A DNA stretch of 64,000 bases from Mobula hypostoma (Eukaryota): positions 28,274,001 to 28,338,000 of the forward strand of contig NC_086108.1 in assembly GCF_963921235.1 (NCBI RefSeq). Reading direction: 5' to 3'. Below, in pieces: positions 24,261-37,494 of this stretch. The notes beneath the pieces are model-generated. The model worked only from the letters and a program-made list of their open reading frames with translations, was not told where the DNA came from and ran no database searches. The position numbers and the translations under genes are program-made. The stretch's first letter is position 1, and each line of letters begins with the position of its first letter.

Positions 24261-26374
24261 TAAAACAAAGACTAGGTTTATAGGCCTCAGGGAGTGCAAT
24301 GATATATGTTTCCACTCACATTAATGTTCCATTGACATGGAAGCTCTTGAATTAGAAACAATTTAGAACATTATTATCTTAGCTAAGGAAAATAATGTTT
24401 CCATGGGGTCACTTGTAAATTAACAATAATGGACACATTTGATCACAAAATAATTTCAAATCTAGAATATTAGATTCTGACTTGCTCACTCAAGTAAGAT
24501 AAAACACCAAGATTTCAAACCCTCCATGATAATGCTCCAGTGTTTTTGCAAAGGACTTCTGCTTGAGAAAACAATTTGGTATGTCACAGTCTATGAGGTA
24601 TGATTCAGAAATTACCACCTAACTCTGCAGAGGTAAATATGCACCTATCCTACATATATCAAAAAAATCTCTAAGACCAGACTTTGATGTTCTCATCTCA
24701 AAGCACATTGGATAAGTTTTATGGCAGTTGGTGAGAAAATAGGGTAAGGAGACAGAACCTCTGTGACTTCCTAAACCGGAGCAGGTAGATTTGCACACTA
24801 TGGTCCATTTGCAGGTAAAATGTAAACAGTTGCACTTCTCAAGTAATTATGCTGAAACATTTCCAACCAACCAATAAAATCCCACCATAGAAACATCCTT
24901 TTCCCAAAAGTACTGCACACAATGGATAACCCCATGCACAGCATATTTAGAAACATTGAATTTGCACAGGACTGACTGCTTAATCTTGAGGTGACTTTCA
25001 CAAGACAAATTCCACCATGGTCTCAATATGGTGGCTTAACACTAACTGCAAATTGTTCCCTCTGATTTTTCACAAGCGTCAAGTTGTCCAAACCTGTGCA
25101 GTGGTCCAAACTGACATCTTTTTAGAGGAGATTCTAAAACAAGGCTCTGTTTGGTCACTCAAGTGATTGTTAAAAGTCACTTTGCAGTATTCGAAGAAGA
25201 ATAATACAAGCCCCAGAAATTTATTTTGCATACTGATAACATAGCCAGTGTTTATTGCATAATCCTAAATACTCCTCAGCTGACTGATTGCCTTATTGAG
25301 ACATTCAGAGGATAATTGAGAACCAATCGCATTACACAGGGTCTGGAGTCATATACAGGCCAGTCCATGTCAGGAGGCACATTTCCTTCCCTGAAGGTCA
25401 TTAGCAAACCTGAGGTTTTTACAAGAATCCAACAGTTTCACAATTTGTTTTAAAATTAATAATCATCATATTGTTATTTGTATAGAAATTGGCTGCCATG
25501 TTTCCGACATTATAACTTCACTCAGGAAGGAGATGATTGGTGAGAAAGTACTTTGGAGACCGCAAAAGGCACCGTATCAAAGGAAACCCTTTCTTCGGAC
25601 AGAAGTAATGAAGTGATCAAAAGCATTGAAGTTGCTGATGATAGTGCTTATCTTGCAGCGGGAGAAGTTCTGCATGCCTTATGGCTTCCTTTGAAGGAGG
25701 CAACCTTGTGGGATAGATCTCAGAATATCCCTGTTTGAAAGCAAGTTGAACTGCTCCAACAGGTATTAAAAATGAAAGAAAATCAGCTACATTCACACTG
25801 ACGAAGAGCAAAGAACTCTAAACAGATGATCTCCAAATAATCTTTTACTGTTTGCTCCATTGCTTCTTTTAGTGGTTTGAAAACAATTGGCCACCTTCAG
25901 TTCCTGGTATCGGTATTCTGAAAAGGCATTTCACAAGATTTTCTGCCCTGCCTGGGAAGTACACATTTTTGATTTGTTTCTGTACTGCTAACATAATCAT
26001 TTTTTAATTAAAAGGAAATCCTTGAGTTTCACCTTTGTAGGACTCTTTCAGTTCTTATTTCACTGGTTTCCATCATCACCAACCTGAAGAAAAACTGTTT
26101 TGGGTTAATGAAAACGCAAAAGATTCCACAGAGGCTGGAAATCTAGAGTAACACAAAATCCTGGAGGAATTCAGCAGCATTTATGGAGAGGAATAAAGAG
26201 CAGGCACTTCAGGATGAGACCCTTCATTACTGATTAATGTAATACACCCCTCACACTGAGACGCTAAGACACCCAGTGAGCACAATCCCTGGTTTGAAAG
26301 ATCAATGCAACACCCGCAGAGGACATTTATGCCCATTTAATGCTTCTTACATTGTTATACCGACTTCACATTTA

Positions 26375-26851
26375 CGAGGGGTGATTGATATCTTCCTGGC
26401 CTAAGGTAGAAGGAGTCAATTTTAGAAAACCTAGCACATTTATATTTCAACATAGCCCCCTCCTACATTTACACACTTAGTCCAGCGGTCGTGGAGCATA
26501 CGGATCTTGTACCTCCAGAAAGTGTCCACAGCAGGGGTGATTGATAAGTTGGTGGCCTCGGGTAGAAGGAGATGAGTTATACAGCTCTCGTTGCATGCAC
26601 ATGCAGTTCAACTCTTTGAGTGATTATGCTGAAAGTTTGAAGTTAATAACTCATCTCCTTCTACCTTAGGCCACGAATTTATCATTTACCCCTGCTGTGG
26701 ACATTTTCTGGAGGTCCAAGATCCGAATGCTCCACGACCGCTGGACTAAGTGTGTACATGTAGGAGGGGAGTAGGTTGAAAAATAAATGTGCTAGTTTTT
26801 CTAAAATTGACTCCTTCTACCTTAGGCCACAAACTTATCAATCACCCCTCG
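26375..26851. mobile_element. Mariner-type palindromic MITE (477 bp) with TA TSD
   Basis: TA|CGAGGGGTGATTGATA...TATCAATCACCCCTCG|TA; arms of about 205 bp with an internal copy of the terminal motif at about 26535. Confidence 0.92.
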
Positions 26852-27599
26852 TAAAATATATTTCACTGGCCTTGGGAAAGTGGAGGAGGGACTGAGGTCA
26901 TGAATCAATTATCTTTCTTTGCTTTTGGTGCTGAGCAGTCTGCAGGTGAGCACGTGTTTTGTAATGGCAATGCCACATTTATAAAGCCGTATTGTACCAT
27001 CAATGTAATGAGAGCTTTATATAATAATATGCAAGTTCATTATCTGTTGGGAAAGATAAGGTAAAGTCTGATTGTTTTCTGTGAGAAATTAATTTTGAGT
27101 TCCATTTGAACTTGACACATTCAGTTGCATTGAAGGCGGTGGAAGCAAATGCTGGGTGATGAATACAGTTATACATAGCAGGGATAGGCCCCACCATCCA
27201 CTATGATCGTGGCTATTCTGCCCCAGGGCTCTTCTCACCATTTCCACAACAGGCTCTTTTGAGGTCACTAAGAATTAGCAGCTGATTAGGAAGGTTTAAC
27301 TTTTGTGAGAAACTCTATGGTGGTATTTCAAAATAATATTTATTGTTATATGTACAAGTGGAATTGAAGTCTTGCAGTGGTATCACAGGCACATTTGTAA
27401 GAAAAATATAAATGATACACATTAGTTTTCTTTTCAGTTTCTCTGTCCATTTAGCTTATTCAACTGACTTTGAGGGAGGAAAAAGGCTGTTTGACCCTAT
27501 AAGTGCCACTGAGGAGGACATGGCACAACCTCCATGAATATCTCCAAGCAGAGAAGGCTACCAATGGCTTCACCATCCCTAGTTTTTCTCATCTAACAT

Positions 27600-30095
27600 T
27601 TCAAACATAGAACACAGAACAGTACTGCACAGGACCAGGCCCCTTCACCCAAAATGTGCCAGATCAGCTAAAAAGCCAATCAAAAATCAATCAAATCAAA
27701 CCAAGTTCAATTATCATTCAAGCCATACATAGATACAGCTGAACGAGACACGCATTCCCCTGGGGCCAAGGTGCAAACATTCAAAATAGCAAGTAACATA
27801 ATTCAAAATACCAAGCAAAGAAACATATTCACGTGAAAAATAACATACCCTGAGCAACAATGTCCAGCAGTCAATGTACAATCTCCCAACAGTGTACAGA
27901 TGCATGCAATCCAGCCTGTCACTCCAGCGTTCAAACATGAGAGGGCAGCACCGATGGACAAGGCCAGGGCCCAGCTAAGCTCAACCACGCAGTAGTGCTT
28001 CCACGTCTCTCACCTGCTCGGCAACAGCAGCCAAGCCCGAGGCTTAAGGCCTGGTCCTCACTACAACTCAGTCTATGCAGCTCCCATGTCATCTGTCCCT
28101 CACCAGACAAGGGTAACAGGCCAGACAAGGGCAACTTACATTATCACTGTTTAACAGAGTCTTGCGATCACAAGTGAAACGTCCGAGACAAGCTCCCATG
28201 GTTATACTGTACCAACTGCAATGCTTGCAAGCTGGGGTGGAGCAGCAACACAGTCTGCAGCCAGGTCAGTTCATCTGAATCCAAACCGGCTCCACCGACA
28301 TCCCAACCAGCTCATCCGATACCCTGAACAGCTCCTTCAACACCTCAGCCAGCTCCTCCACTGATACCAGTCCAGCTACTCTGATCAACAAGTAGCTCGC
28401 TGATGGAGTAGCCCTGCAGTACCCAATATTCTTGGAGCAGAATTGTCTTTGGATTGTAAAAAACAAATTTTTAGCGACACTTTCGTGCTAAGTAACAACA
28501 CGAATTTAGCGGTGCCGCCTTGCCTGCAAAATGTTTCCAGCATTTTGTCGATATGAATCTTCTTTCAGGAATTGGCTGGGTCCTTTTTTTCGCCACTCTC
28601 CTGCTGTACGTGGGGGGAGCTAATGTGATGCAGCCTCAAATACAGGGCTTAGTCGGAGTTGTTAACCCTTACGCCATGTGGATCGAACACAGGTGAAATA
28701 TGAGTATTAAGCACAAAAAAAAACAAATTTTACAAATTAAAAAGCACCTTTGATTGCCCCCAAAAGGCTGCTGCATTCACATGCACTGCCAAAGAAACCC
28801 AAAAACTAATCCCCCCTACCTACACAATGTCCATTTCACTCTACCTTCCTCATACTCATGTGCCTATCTAAACGCCTCTTAAGAGCCTCTAATGTATTTT
28901 CCTCTACCACCATACCAGGCAGTGCATTCCAGGCATCCACCACTCTCTGAGTGAAAAACCTACCCCTCAAATCCCCTTTCAACCTACCTTTGAACTTGCA
29001 ATGCATGCGTTCTGGTATTAGACATTTCAACCCTGGGAAAAAGATACTTCCTGTCTACTCAATCTATGCCTCTCGTAATCTTCTAAACCTCCTCAGCCTC
29101 TTCTGCTCCAGAGAAAACAGCCTAAGTTTATCCAGCCTCTCGTAATAGCACATGCCCTCTAAACCAGGCAGCATCCTGTTAAACCTCTTCTGCACCCTCT
29201 CCAAAGCCTCAACATCTTTCCAACTTGGGTTACGCCATATCTGGAATATTGCATACAGATTTTTGCTGGTGGGGGTAGTGGGGGGGTCATTGCCTTGCTG
29301 CTGCTTGTGCATGGGAGGGGGAGCTGTGGGGGGGCTTTGGGGTTCTAACATTTAACTCTCATTCACTCTTTGGGGCACTCCTCTGTTTTCATGAATGTTT
29401 GCAAAGAAAAAGAATTTCAGGATGTATATTGTATACCTTTCTCTGACATTAAATGTACCTATTGAAACCTCTATCAGCATTTTCAAGGAGCTATGAACTT
29501 GAACCCCAAGATCTTTCTGCTCAGCAACACTGTGAAGGGTCATTTGCTCTACCGAGGTATAGCACCACACATTTATCTGAGTTAAACTCCATCTGCCAGT
29601 TCTCAGCCCAATATCTACAACTGATCAAGATTGTGCTGCATTCTTTGCCAGTCTCCTACACTAGCTACAACCCCACCAGTCTTGGTATCATCTGCAAACT
29701 TACTAACCCACCCATCAACATTTTCATCCAAGTCACTTATATACCTCACCAACAGCAGCCGTCACAGCACAGATCCCTACAGGACACCACTGGTTACAGA
29801 CCTCAAGCTCGAATAAGTCCTTTTCACCACTACCTTCTGTCACCATGGACTCCATGCATCCTAATATGGATTAGCCTCCCATGAGGGACTTTGTCAAACA
29901 CCTTCCTAAAATCCATGTTGACAACATCCACTGCATTACCTTCATCAATCTCTCTCATCACCTTGTCAAAAAACTCATTCAAATTGGTAAGATACAACTT
30001 GCCCCACACAAAGCCATGCTGCCTCTCCCTAATTAAGCCATACGTTTCTAAATAATCATATATCTTATCGATAAGAATTTTCACCAGCAACTTCA
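27600..30095 (-). mobile_element. CR1 LINE split by two insertions (about 27690-28790 and about 29262-29470)
   Basis: Tail AACATAGAACACAGAAC at 27604; minus-strand ORFs FFTQRVVDAWNALP, LERVQKRFNRMLPG and MDFRKVFDKVPH. Confidence 0.8.
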
Positions 30096-31779
30096 TGCAA
30101 GCTTTAACTGAGCACTGCAAGATCTGTGGGTGATACCCAAGCTTAACCTGCTTTGTCTGTTCACTGTCCCCTGTCCTGCAATTTCCCCTTCCTAGTTCTA
30201 CAATTTAATTCCATTTTCCAAGTTATGAATTAAGCTATTTATGCCACTCTGTGAGTTCATTCCAACGGTTTAAGTACAGTTGAGATATTTTCCAGTATCT
30301 ATAAGAATCTCTTTGAAACCAGTAGTATTAGTTGTTATTATCATTGCAGTGATGTTACAAACAGAGGCAGAGCATTTTAAGAGCAACTTGTCTGTGATTG
30401 CTTGTGTGTGACATGTCTGAGAGAGACCTGTCTGCTAATGCGTGGAAGAGAAAGGAGGACACAACATTTATCGCCTGCTAAAGCCCACGACCGATTGCTG
30501 CCTCAGGCAAGCTTTACTTTGCTGATGGAATGTGTGTGAGATTGCCGGGCTCTACCTTTGAGGGAGAGGAGAATTGCAGCAGAGGCGTTTGATGCTTAAT
30601 TTACTTTTTGAAAGCAAAGTAGGAGGAGGATTATCTCAAACTCTGTCATGAAAGATGATTTGCAGGACACACAAGTGCCATTCTTCATTCTGCATCCTGC
30701 TCACTTGGTAGCAAAGTAACACAGCACTGCCCTTAAAGTGCTTTCATGTGCGTGCTCAGAATGTGCTTTCCCTAGAGCCTGTCAGTCAACACCCTGCCCG
30801 TACACTCTGTGCATCGTATTCAAGGAAGGAAGGAAGTAGGCTGTCACTGCATTACCCATAGAATTGAAAGCTACTAGTGCAACATTTTTACACCAGATAG
30901 CCATTAATTGTTAATAATCCCGGATTTAAATCATCAGTCAAGTTTACTAGTCTATGGTGGAGCTAATGCATCTGTTTTAAATCACCACAAGGATACCTAG
31001 TAGTGGATTTTAACTACTGGAGTTGTGGATTGGCTGCCCATTGTACACGCCAGCCAATTTTGCTTTCAATTAACTCCAGTGGAAAAGAAATTCAGGCAGT
31101 GTGTGTAAATGGTAGCTGATTAACTACGGTCAGGTTTTTTGCTAAGTTGAAATTGACACATCGGATTTTAGTTGCAGCACTGAAATGTCGACAACATATT
31201 GCCAAGCAACAGGTCAGTGAATGTGGCAGGGGTGCACTGCAGAACCCTTCAAATTGACAGGAGGATTCCTTTAACAAGACAACTGGAGTCATGCATGCTG
31301 TGTAGTAAGGGTAATGATTAGTCATGGTGTCTGGCCCTTGGGGAGCTGCTGTGACACTCCTCCAAGCTAATTTAATTAAGGGCTCTTGACAGCCCTACAG
31401 CATGAGACTGTCAACTCTCCTTCAAGAGCTGCCAGGTTCAGAGAAGGCTCACTTGAAAATGCAGCCTGGCCTTAGAGTTGACAGGATATGCAGAGAGCTG
31501 AGTGTCCAGGACTTCCTGCTCTAGTAGCCCTGCTGTAGTGTAGGATATAGGTCCTGCCCAGATTACAAACGCTCGACTTGAGTGTACAGCTGTGCAGGTG
31601 AACAAGCATTGGAAAAGCTGGAAGGATGAATTTGATGGCTCCTGGACGAATGCAAGTATTTTCTGCTGCATGGGAAGTTGGTTCACTGCAATATCTGGAT
31701 GGTTGAGTTCCACACATTGTCTTGGATGGTCTCAGGATCAGAAGCAGGCACTGACATCACTGACATATATGTTGTTTCC

Positions 31780-32325
31780 GTGGCAGCAGTAGAGTTCAAG
31801 GCATAAAGAAAATGTTAAAATTAAGTAAGTAAAATATAAAACGTGCACTCGAGGAATAGTGAGATAGTATCCACAGGTTCTTGGATCATTAATGAATCTC
31901 ATAGTGGAGGAGAAGAAGCTGTTCCTAAAACATTGAGTGTCCATATTCAGGTTCCAGTATCTTCTTGCAGAACAGGAGAGGGCACGTCCCAGATGGTAAG
32001 GGTCCTTAATGAGGCAACGCATCTTGAAGATGTCTTCAGTGGTGGGGAGGATTGTGCCCGATGATGAAGCTGGCTAAACCTACAACCCTCTGTGTCTACT
32101 AGCCTCTCTACCGTCTTTTGATCCTGTGCTATGGAGCCTCCGTATCAGACAGTGATGCAAGCAGTTAGATTGCTCTCCCCTGTACATCTGTAGAACTGTT
32201 CTAGTCTTTGTCTAGTCTTTGGTGACATACTAAATCTCCTCAAACTCCTAATGAAGTAGAGCCTCTGGCATGCATTCTTCATAATTGCATGAATGGTTTG
32301 ATCGCAGGATAGATCCTCTGAGATT
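31780..32325 (-). mobile_element. Rex1/Babar-like LINE 3' fragment
   Basis: Minus-strand ORF IKDPYHLG...FRNSFFSSTMR. Confidence 0.7.
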
Positions 32326-32679
32326 GTTTAAGTTTCATTTGAATGTGTTGTTGGGCAACTACATTTCAGTTAGCAAACGCTTCTCAGAAACGGAACCCTG
32401 CTATGAACTGGGGAGGAGCAGTTATAAGAGGAAGATGAATTAGCTATCCCCTAGATGTTACCTAAATATTTTACTCTGCACTCTGAGGCTGTGACTCTCG
32501 GTTTCAGACCCCTTAGATACAGGAGGCAGGTAAGGAGACTTGAATCCAATGTTTATTATGAATTGCTGGCATTTAATTGGAACACAAATGGAAGTACCTC
32601 AAGCATTGGAATTCCAAAGAAAGAAAGTGAGAAAATGTTGGAAATACTCAAAAAATAGGTTGCAGAAATGTTGGATGTT

Positions 32680-33180
32680 TTCTATGCAGCATCAAAGGCT
32701 AAAGGGCAACCTGATAGATATTTATAAAATTCTGAGAGGCATAGATAGAGTAGTCAGACTTTTTCCCAGGGTTGTAATGTCAAATGCTAGAGGACACTAA
32801 AATAGGTCAGGTTATTGACACAGAAGATGTTTATTGGGATTTCCGGAGGGATCTTGATCAGCTGAGTAAGTCAGCAGAGGAGTCGCAAGTTGAGTTTAAC
32901 TCAGTTAAGTGAAAAGTGTTGCATTTTAGGAAGACAAATGAGTCCAATGAGACAGATGATCTGCAGCACTTCCTAGGTCCTTACCAGTGAATGGTGGGGC
33001 CCTGGGGCGTGCTTTAGAACAAAGCAACCAAGGAGTGTAAGTACGCGGTACCCCTAAATTGGCATCACAGGTAGAGAGGATGATGAAGAAGACTCCAGCC
33101 ATACTGGCCTTCATCAGTCAGAGCACAGAGGTTAGGAGATTAGGTTGCATTTGAACAAGTAGTTGGTGAAATTGCATTTG
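32680..33180 (+). mobile_element. Degenerate CR1 fragments
   Basis: RLKGNLIDIYKILRGIDRV..LFP and further RT C-terminal remnants. Confidence 0.7.
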
Positions 33181-33860
33181 CAATTAAGATTTCTGGATTA
33201 TTGGAATCTCTTCTGTATAAAAAAGACAGGTTATACCTGAACCTAAGGTGGGGGGGGGGGCCGGTTTCAATATTCTTGTGGACAGGTTTGGTAGAGCTGT
33301 TGGGGAGGGTTTAAATTATTTCGGCAGGGGGTGGGAACTGGAGTGATAGGGCTGAGGATGGGACAGTTGTTACACAAGTAGATGCAGTGCATCGTGAGAC
33401 TGTGAGGAAGGACAGACAAATAATAGGGCAAAATTGAAGTCAGTGGATGAGTTAAAGTGGCGGTCAAAACCAAAAAGGGTGAGGAATGCAGGACTGAAGG
33501 TGTTATATTTGAATGCACACAGTATAAGGAATAAGGTAGATGATTAGAGATTGGCAGGTGTGACATTGTGGGCATCACAGAGTCATCCTGAAAGATTATA
33601 GCTGGGAACTTAACATCCAAGGATACACATTGTATCAAAAAGGCAGGAAGGTAGACAGAAGGGGAGGAACGGTTGCATTGGTATAAAAAAAGAAATCAAA
33701 GGCTTAGAACGAGGTGACATAGGATTGGAAGGTATAAAATCCTTCTGGGTAGAGTTAAGAAACTGCAAGAGTAAAAAGACCCTGATGGGAGTTATCTGCA
33801 GGCCTCCAAACAGTAGCCAGGATGTGGCAAACAGTTTACAATGAGAGACAGAAAAGGCAT

Positions 33861-35828
33861 ATTTTTGGGGGGAAAGTTATCAGGAAAGTGGATGAAGACA
33901 AGCCAATGGATGTTGTCTACATGGACTTTAGTAAGGCATTTGACAAGGTTGGTCAAAAAGATTCAGTCACTCAGCTTTCAGGATGGGGTAGTAAATTGGA
34001 TTAGACATTGGCTTTGTAGGAGAAACAGAGAGTGGTAGTAGATGGTTGCCTCTCTGACTGGAGGCCCATGACCAGTGGAGTGCTGCAGAGATCAGTGCTA
34101 GGTGCGTTGTTATTTGTCATCTATATCAACGATCTGGATGATAATGTGGTTAACTGGATCAGCAAATTTTCAGATGACACCAAGATTAGGGGTGTAGTGG
34201 ACAATGAGGAAGACTATCATGTCTCGCAGGCGAGTCTACATCCACTGGAAAAACAGGTTGGAAAAATGGCAGATAGAATTTAATGCAGATAAGTGTGAGG
34301 TTTTGAATTTCAGTAGGACCAACTAGAATAGGTCTACACAGTGAATGTTAGGTCACTGAGAAGTGTAATAGAGCAAAGGGATCTGGGAAAGATGTAAACA
34401 AGGATGAAAGAGTACAGAGAAAATTTACAAGGATGTTGCCAGTTCTGGAGGACCTGAGTTATTAGGGAAGATTGAATAGGTTAGAACTGTATTCATTAGA
34501 ATGTAAAAGATTGAGAGGAAATTTGATCGAGGTATATAAAATTATGGGGGGTATAGATAGCAAGAAGACAATTTTCACTGAGGTTGGGTGGGACTACAAA
34601 AAGAGGTCTTGGGTTAAGGGTGAAAGGTGAGAAGTTTAAAGGGATCAGCAAGTTTGCTGATGATACAAAGATTGGAGGTGTAGTAGACAGTGAGGAAGGT
34701 TTTCAGAGCCTGCAGAGGGACTTGGACCAGCTGGAAAAATGGGCTGAAAAATGGCAGATGGAGTTTAATACTGACAAGTGTGAGGTATTGAACGTTGGAA
34801 GGACAAACCAACGTAGAACATACAGGGTTAATTGTAAGGCACTGAGGAGTGCAGTGGAACAGAGGGATCTGGGAATACAGATACAAAATTCCCTAAAAGT
34901 GGCATCACAGGTAGATAGGGTCGTAAAGAGTGCTTTTGGTACATTGGCCTTTATTAATCAAAGTATTGAGTATAAGAGCTGGAATGTTATGATGAGGTTG
35001 TATAAGGCATTGGTGAGGCCGAATCTGGAGTATTGTGTTCAGTTTTGGTCACCGAATTACAGGAAGGATATAAATAAGGTTGAAAGAGTGCAGAGAAGGT
35101 TTACAAGGATGTTGCCGGGACTTGAGAAACTCAGTTACAGAGAAAGGTTGAATAGGTTGGGACTTTATTCCCTGGAGCGTAGAAGAATGAGGGGAGATTT
35201 GATAGAGGTATATAAAATTATGATGGGTACAGATAGAGTGAATGCAAGCAGGCTTTTTCCACTGAGGCAAGGGGAGAAAAAACCAGAGGACATGGGTTAA
35301 GGGTGAGGGGGGAAAAGTTTAAAGGGAACATTGGGGGGGGCTTCTTCACACAGAGAGTGGTGGGAGTATGGAATGAGCTGCCAGACGAGGTGGTAAATGC
35401 GGGTTCTTTTTTAACATTTAAGAATAAATTGGACAGATACATGGATGGGAGGTGTATGGAGGGATATGGTCCGTGTGCAGGTCAGTGGGACTAGGCAGAA
35501 AATGGTTCGGCACAGCCAAGAAGGGCCAAAAGGCCTGTTTCTGTGCTGTAGTTTCTATGGTTTCTATGGTTTCTATGGAACATGAGGGGAAACTTCTTCA
35601 CTCAGAGGGTCATGAGAGTGTGGAAAGAGCTGCCAACACAAGTGGTGCATGTGAGCTTGATTTCAACTTTTAATAGAAATTTGGATAAGTACATAGATAG
35701 TAGGGGTATGGAGGGCTATGCTCCCGGTGCAGGTTGATGGGAGTAGGTAGTTTAAGCAGTTTCAGCATGGACTAAGTGGGCCAGAGGGCCTGTTTCTGTG
35801 CTGTACTTCTCTATGACTAGGACTCTAT
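33861..35828 (+). mobile_element. CR1 LINE (older), nested
   Basis: DVVYMDFSKAFDKV and YINDLDDNVVNWISKFSDDTKI; tail CTATGACTAGGACTCTAT. Confidence 0.85.
34645..35576 (+). mobile_element. Young CR1 3' fragment, nested
   Basis: Nearly intact ORF2 end ([12 protein letters not shown]...), one frameshift near 35280; tail (TTTCTATGG)n. Confidence 0.95.
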
Positions 35829-36104
35829 GTAAAAAGGGCAATGTTGTGATAATCATGGGGGATTTCAGCATGCATGGGTGATTTCAATAGATTGTGAAAA
35901 TCCATTTGGTGCTGAATCCCAAGTGAGAGAATTTGTAGAACGCGCACAAGATGGCTTTTTATAGCAGCTTGTGTTTAGTCCACTCAAGGAATAGCAATTC
36001 TAGATTTATTTAGAAATCTTAAGATAAAGGAACCTTTAGGAGGCAGTGATCATAATATGATAGAATTAATCCTGCAGTTTTAGAAAGAGAAGCTAAAATC
36101 GGAT

Positions 36105-37494
36105 GTGGCTCTGGCATCAATTGCTATGAGATACTTCGAGCAATTGGTTATGGCACACATCAACCACAACCTACCGGTCAACCTTGATGCTTTGCAATTC
36201 GCCTACCGGAGCAACAGGTCAACGGCAGATGCCATCTCTCTGGCCCTACATTCCTCCTTAGAACACCTGGAGAATAAAGATGCATACGTAAGGCTCCTTT
36301 TCATTGACTACAGCTCTGCCTTTAATACCATCATTCCAAATAAACTGATTCCTAAGCTCCGGGACATGGGCCTTAGCACTCAGATCTGCAGCTGGATCTT
36401 CAACTTCCTCACAGACAGGACCCAGTCTGTAAAAATAGGGGACAAGCTCTCCTCTACAATCACTCTGAGCACCAGTGCCCCACAAGGCTGTGTACTCAGC
36501 CCCCTGCTGTACTCACTGTACACCCATGATTGTGTAGCCAAGTTTCCATTGAACTCAATACTGTATATAAGTTTGCTGATGACACAAAAATTGTAGGCCG
36601 TATCTCGGGTAATGATGAGTTTGAGTACAGAGAGGAAATTAAGAACCTGGTGGCATGGTGCGAAGACAATAACCTATCCCTCAACGTCAGCAAGACAAAG
36701 GAATTGGTTGTTGACTTCAGAAGGAGTAGCGGACCGCACGACCCCATTTACATTGGTGGTGCGCAAGTGGACCAGGTCAAAAGCTTTAAGTTCCTCAGGG
36801 TCAATATCACAAATGATCTGACTTGGTCCAACCAAGCAGAGTCCACTGCTAAGAAGGCCCACCAGCGCCTTTACTTCCTGATAAAATTAAAGAAATTTGG
36901 CCTGACCCCCAAAACACTCACTAATTTTTATAGATGCACCACAGAAAGCATTCTTCTAGGGTGCATCACAACCTGGTATGGAAGTTGTCTTGTCCAAGAC
37001 CGGAAGAAGCTGCAGAAGACTGTGAACACGGAGCAGCACATCACACAAACCAATCTTCCGTCCTTGGACTCACTTTACACCGCACGCTGTCGGAGCAGTG
37101 CTGCCAGGATAATCAAGGACACGACCCACCCAGCCAACACACTTTTTGTCCCTCTTCCCTCTGGAAGAAGGCTCAGGAGCTTGAAGACTCGTACGGCCAG
37201 ATTTGGGAACAGCTTCTTTCCAACTGTGATAAGACTGCTAAACGGATCCTGACCCAGATCTGGGCCATACCCTCCAAATATCCAGACCTACCTCTCAGTT
37301 TTTTTTGCACTACGTTACTTTCCATTTTTCTATTTTCCATTTATGATTTATAATTTAAATTTTTAATATTTACTATCGATTTGTACTCCAGGGAGCAGGA
37401 AGCGCAGAATCAAATATCGCTGAGAAGATTGTACATTCTAGTATCAATTGTTTGGTGACAATAAAGTATAAAGTAGAAGTATAAAGTATAAAGT
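36105..37494 (+). mobile_element. Young Rex1/Babar-like LINE, 5'-truncated
   Basis: [45 protein letters not shown] and KFADDT; single frameshift near 36560; tail (TATAAAG)n. Confidence 0.93.

Noticed and set aside
28157..28189. GTCTTG...GAAACGTC-CGAGAC as a further hammerhead
   Set aside because: No CUGANGA core.
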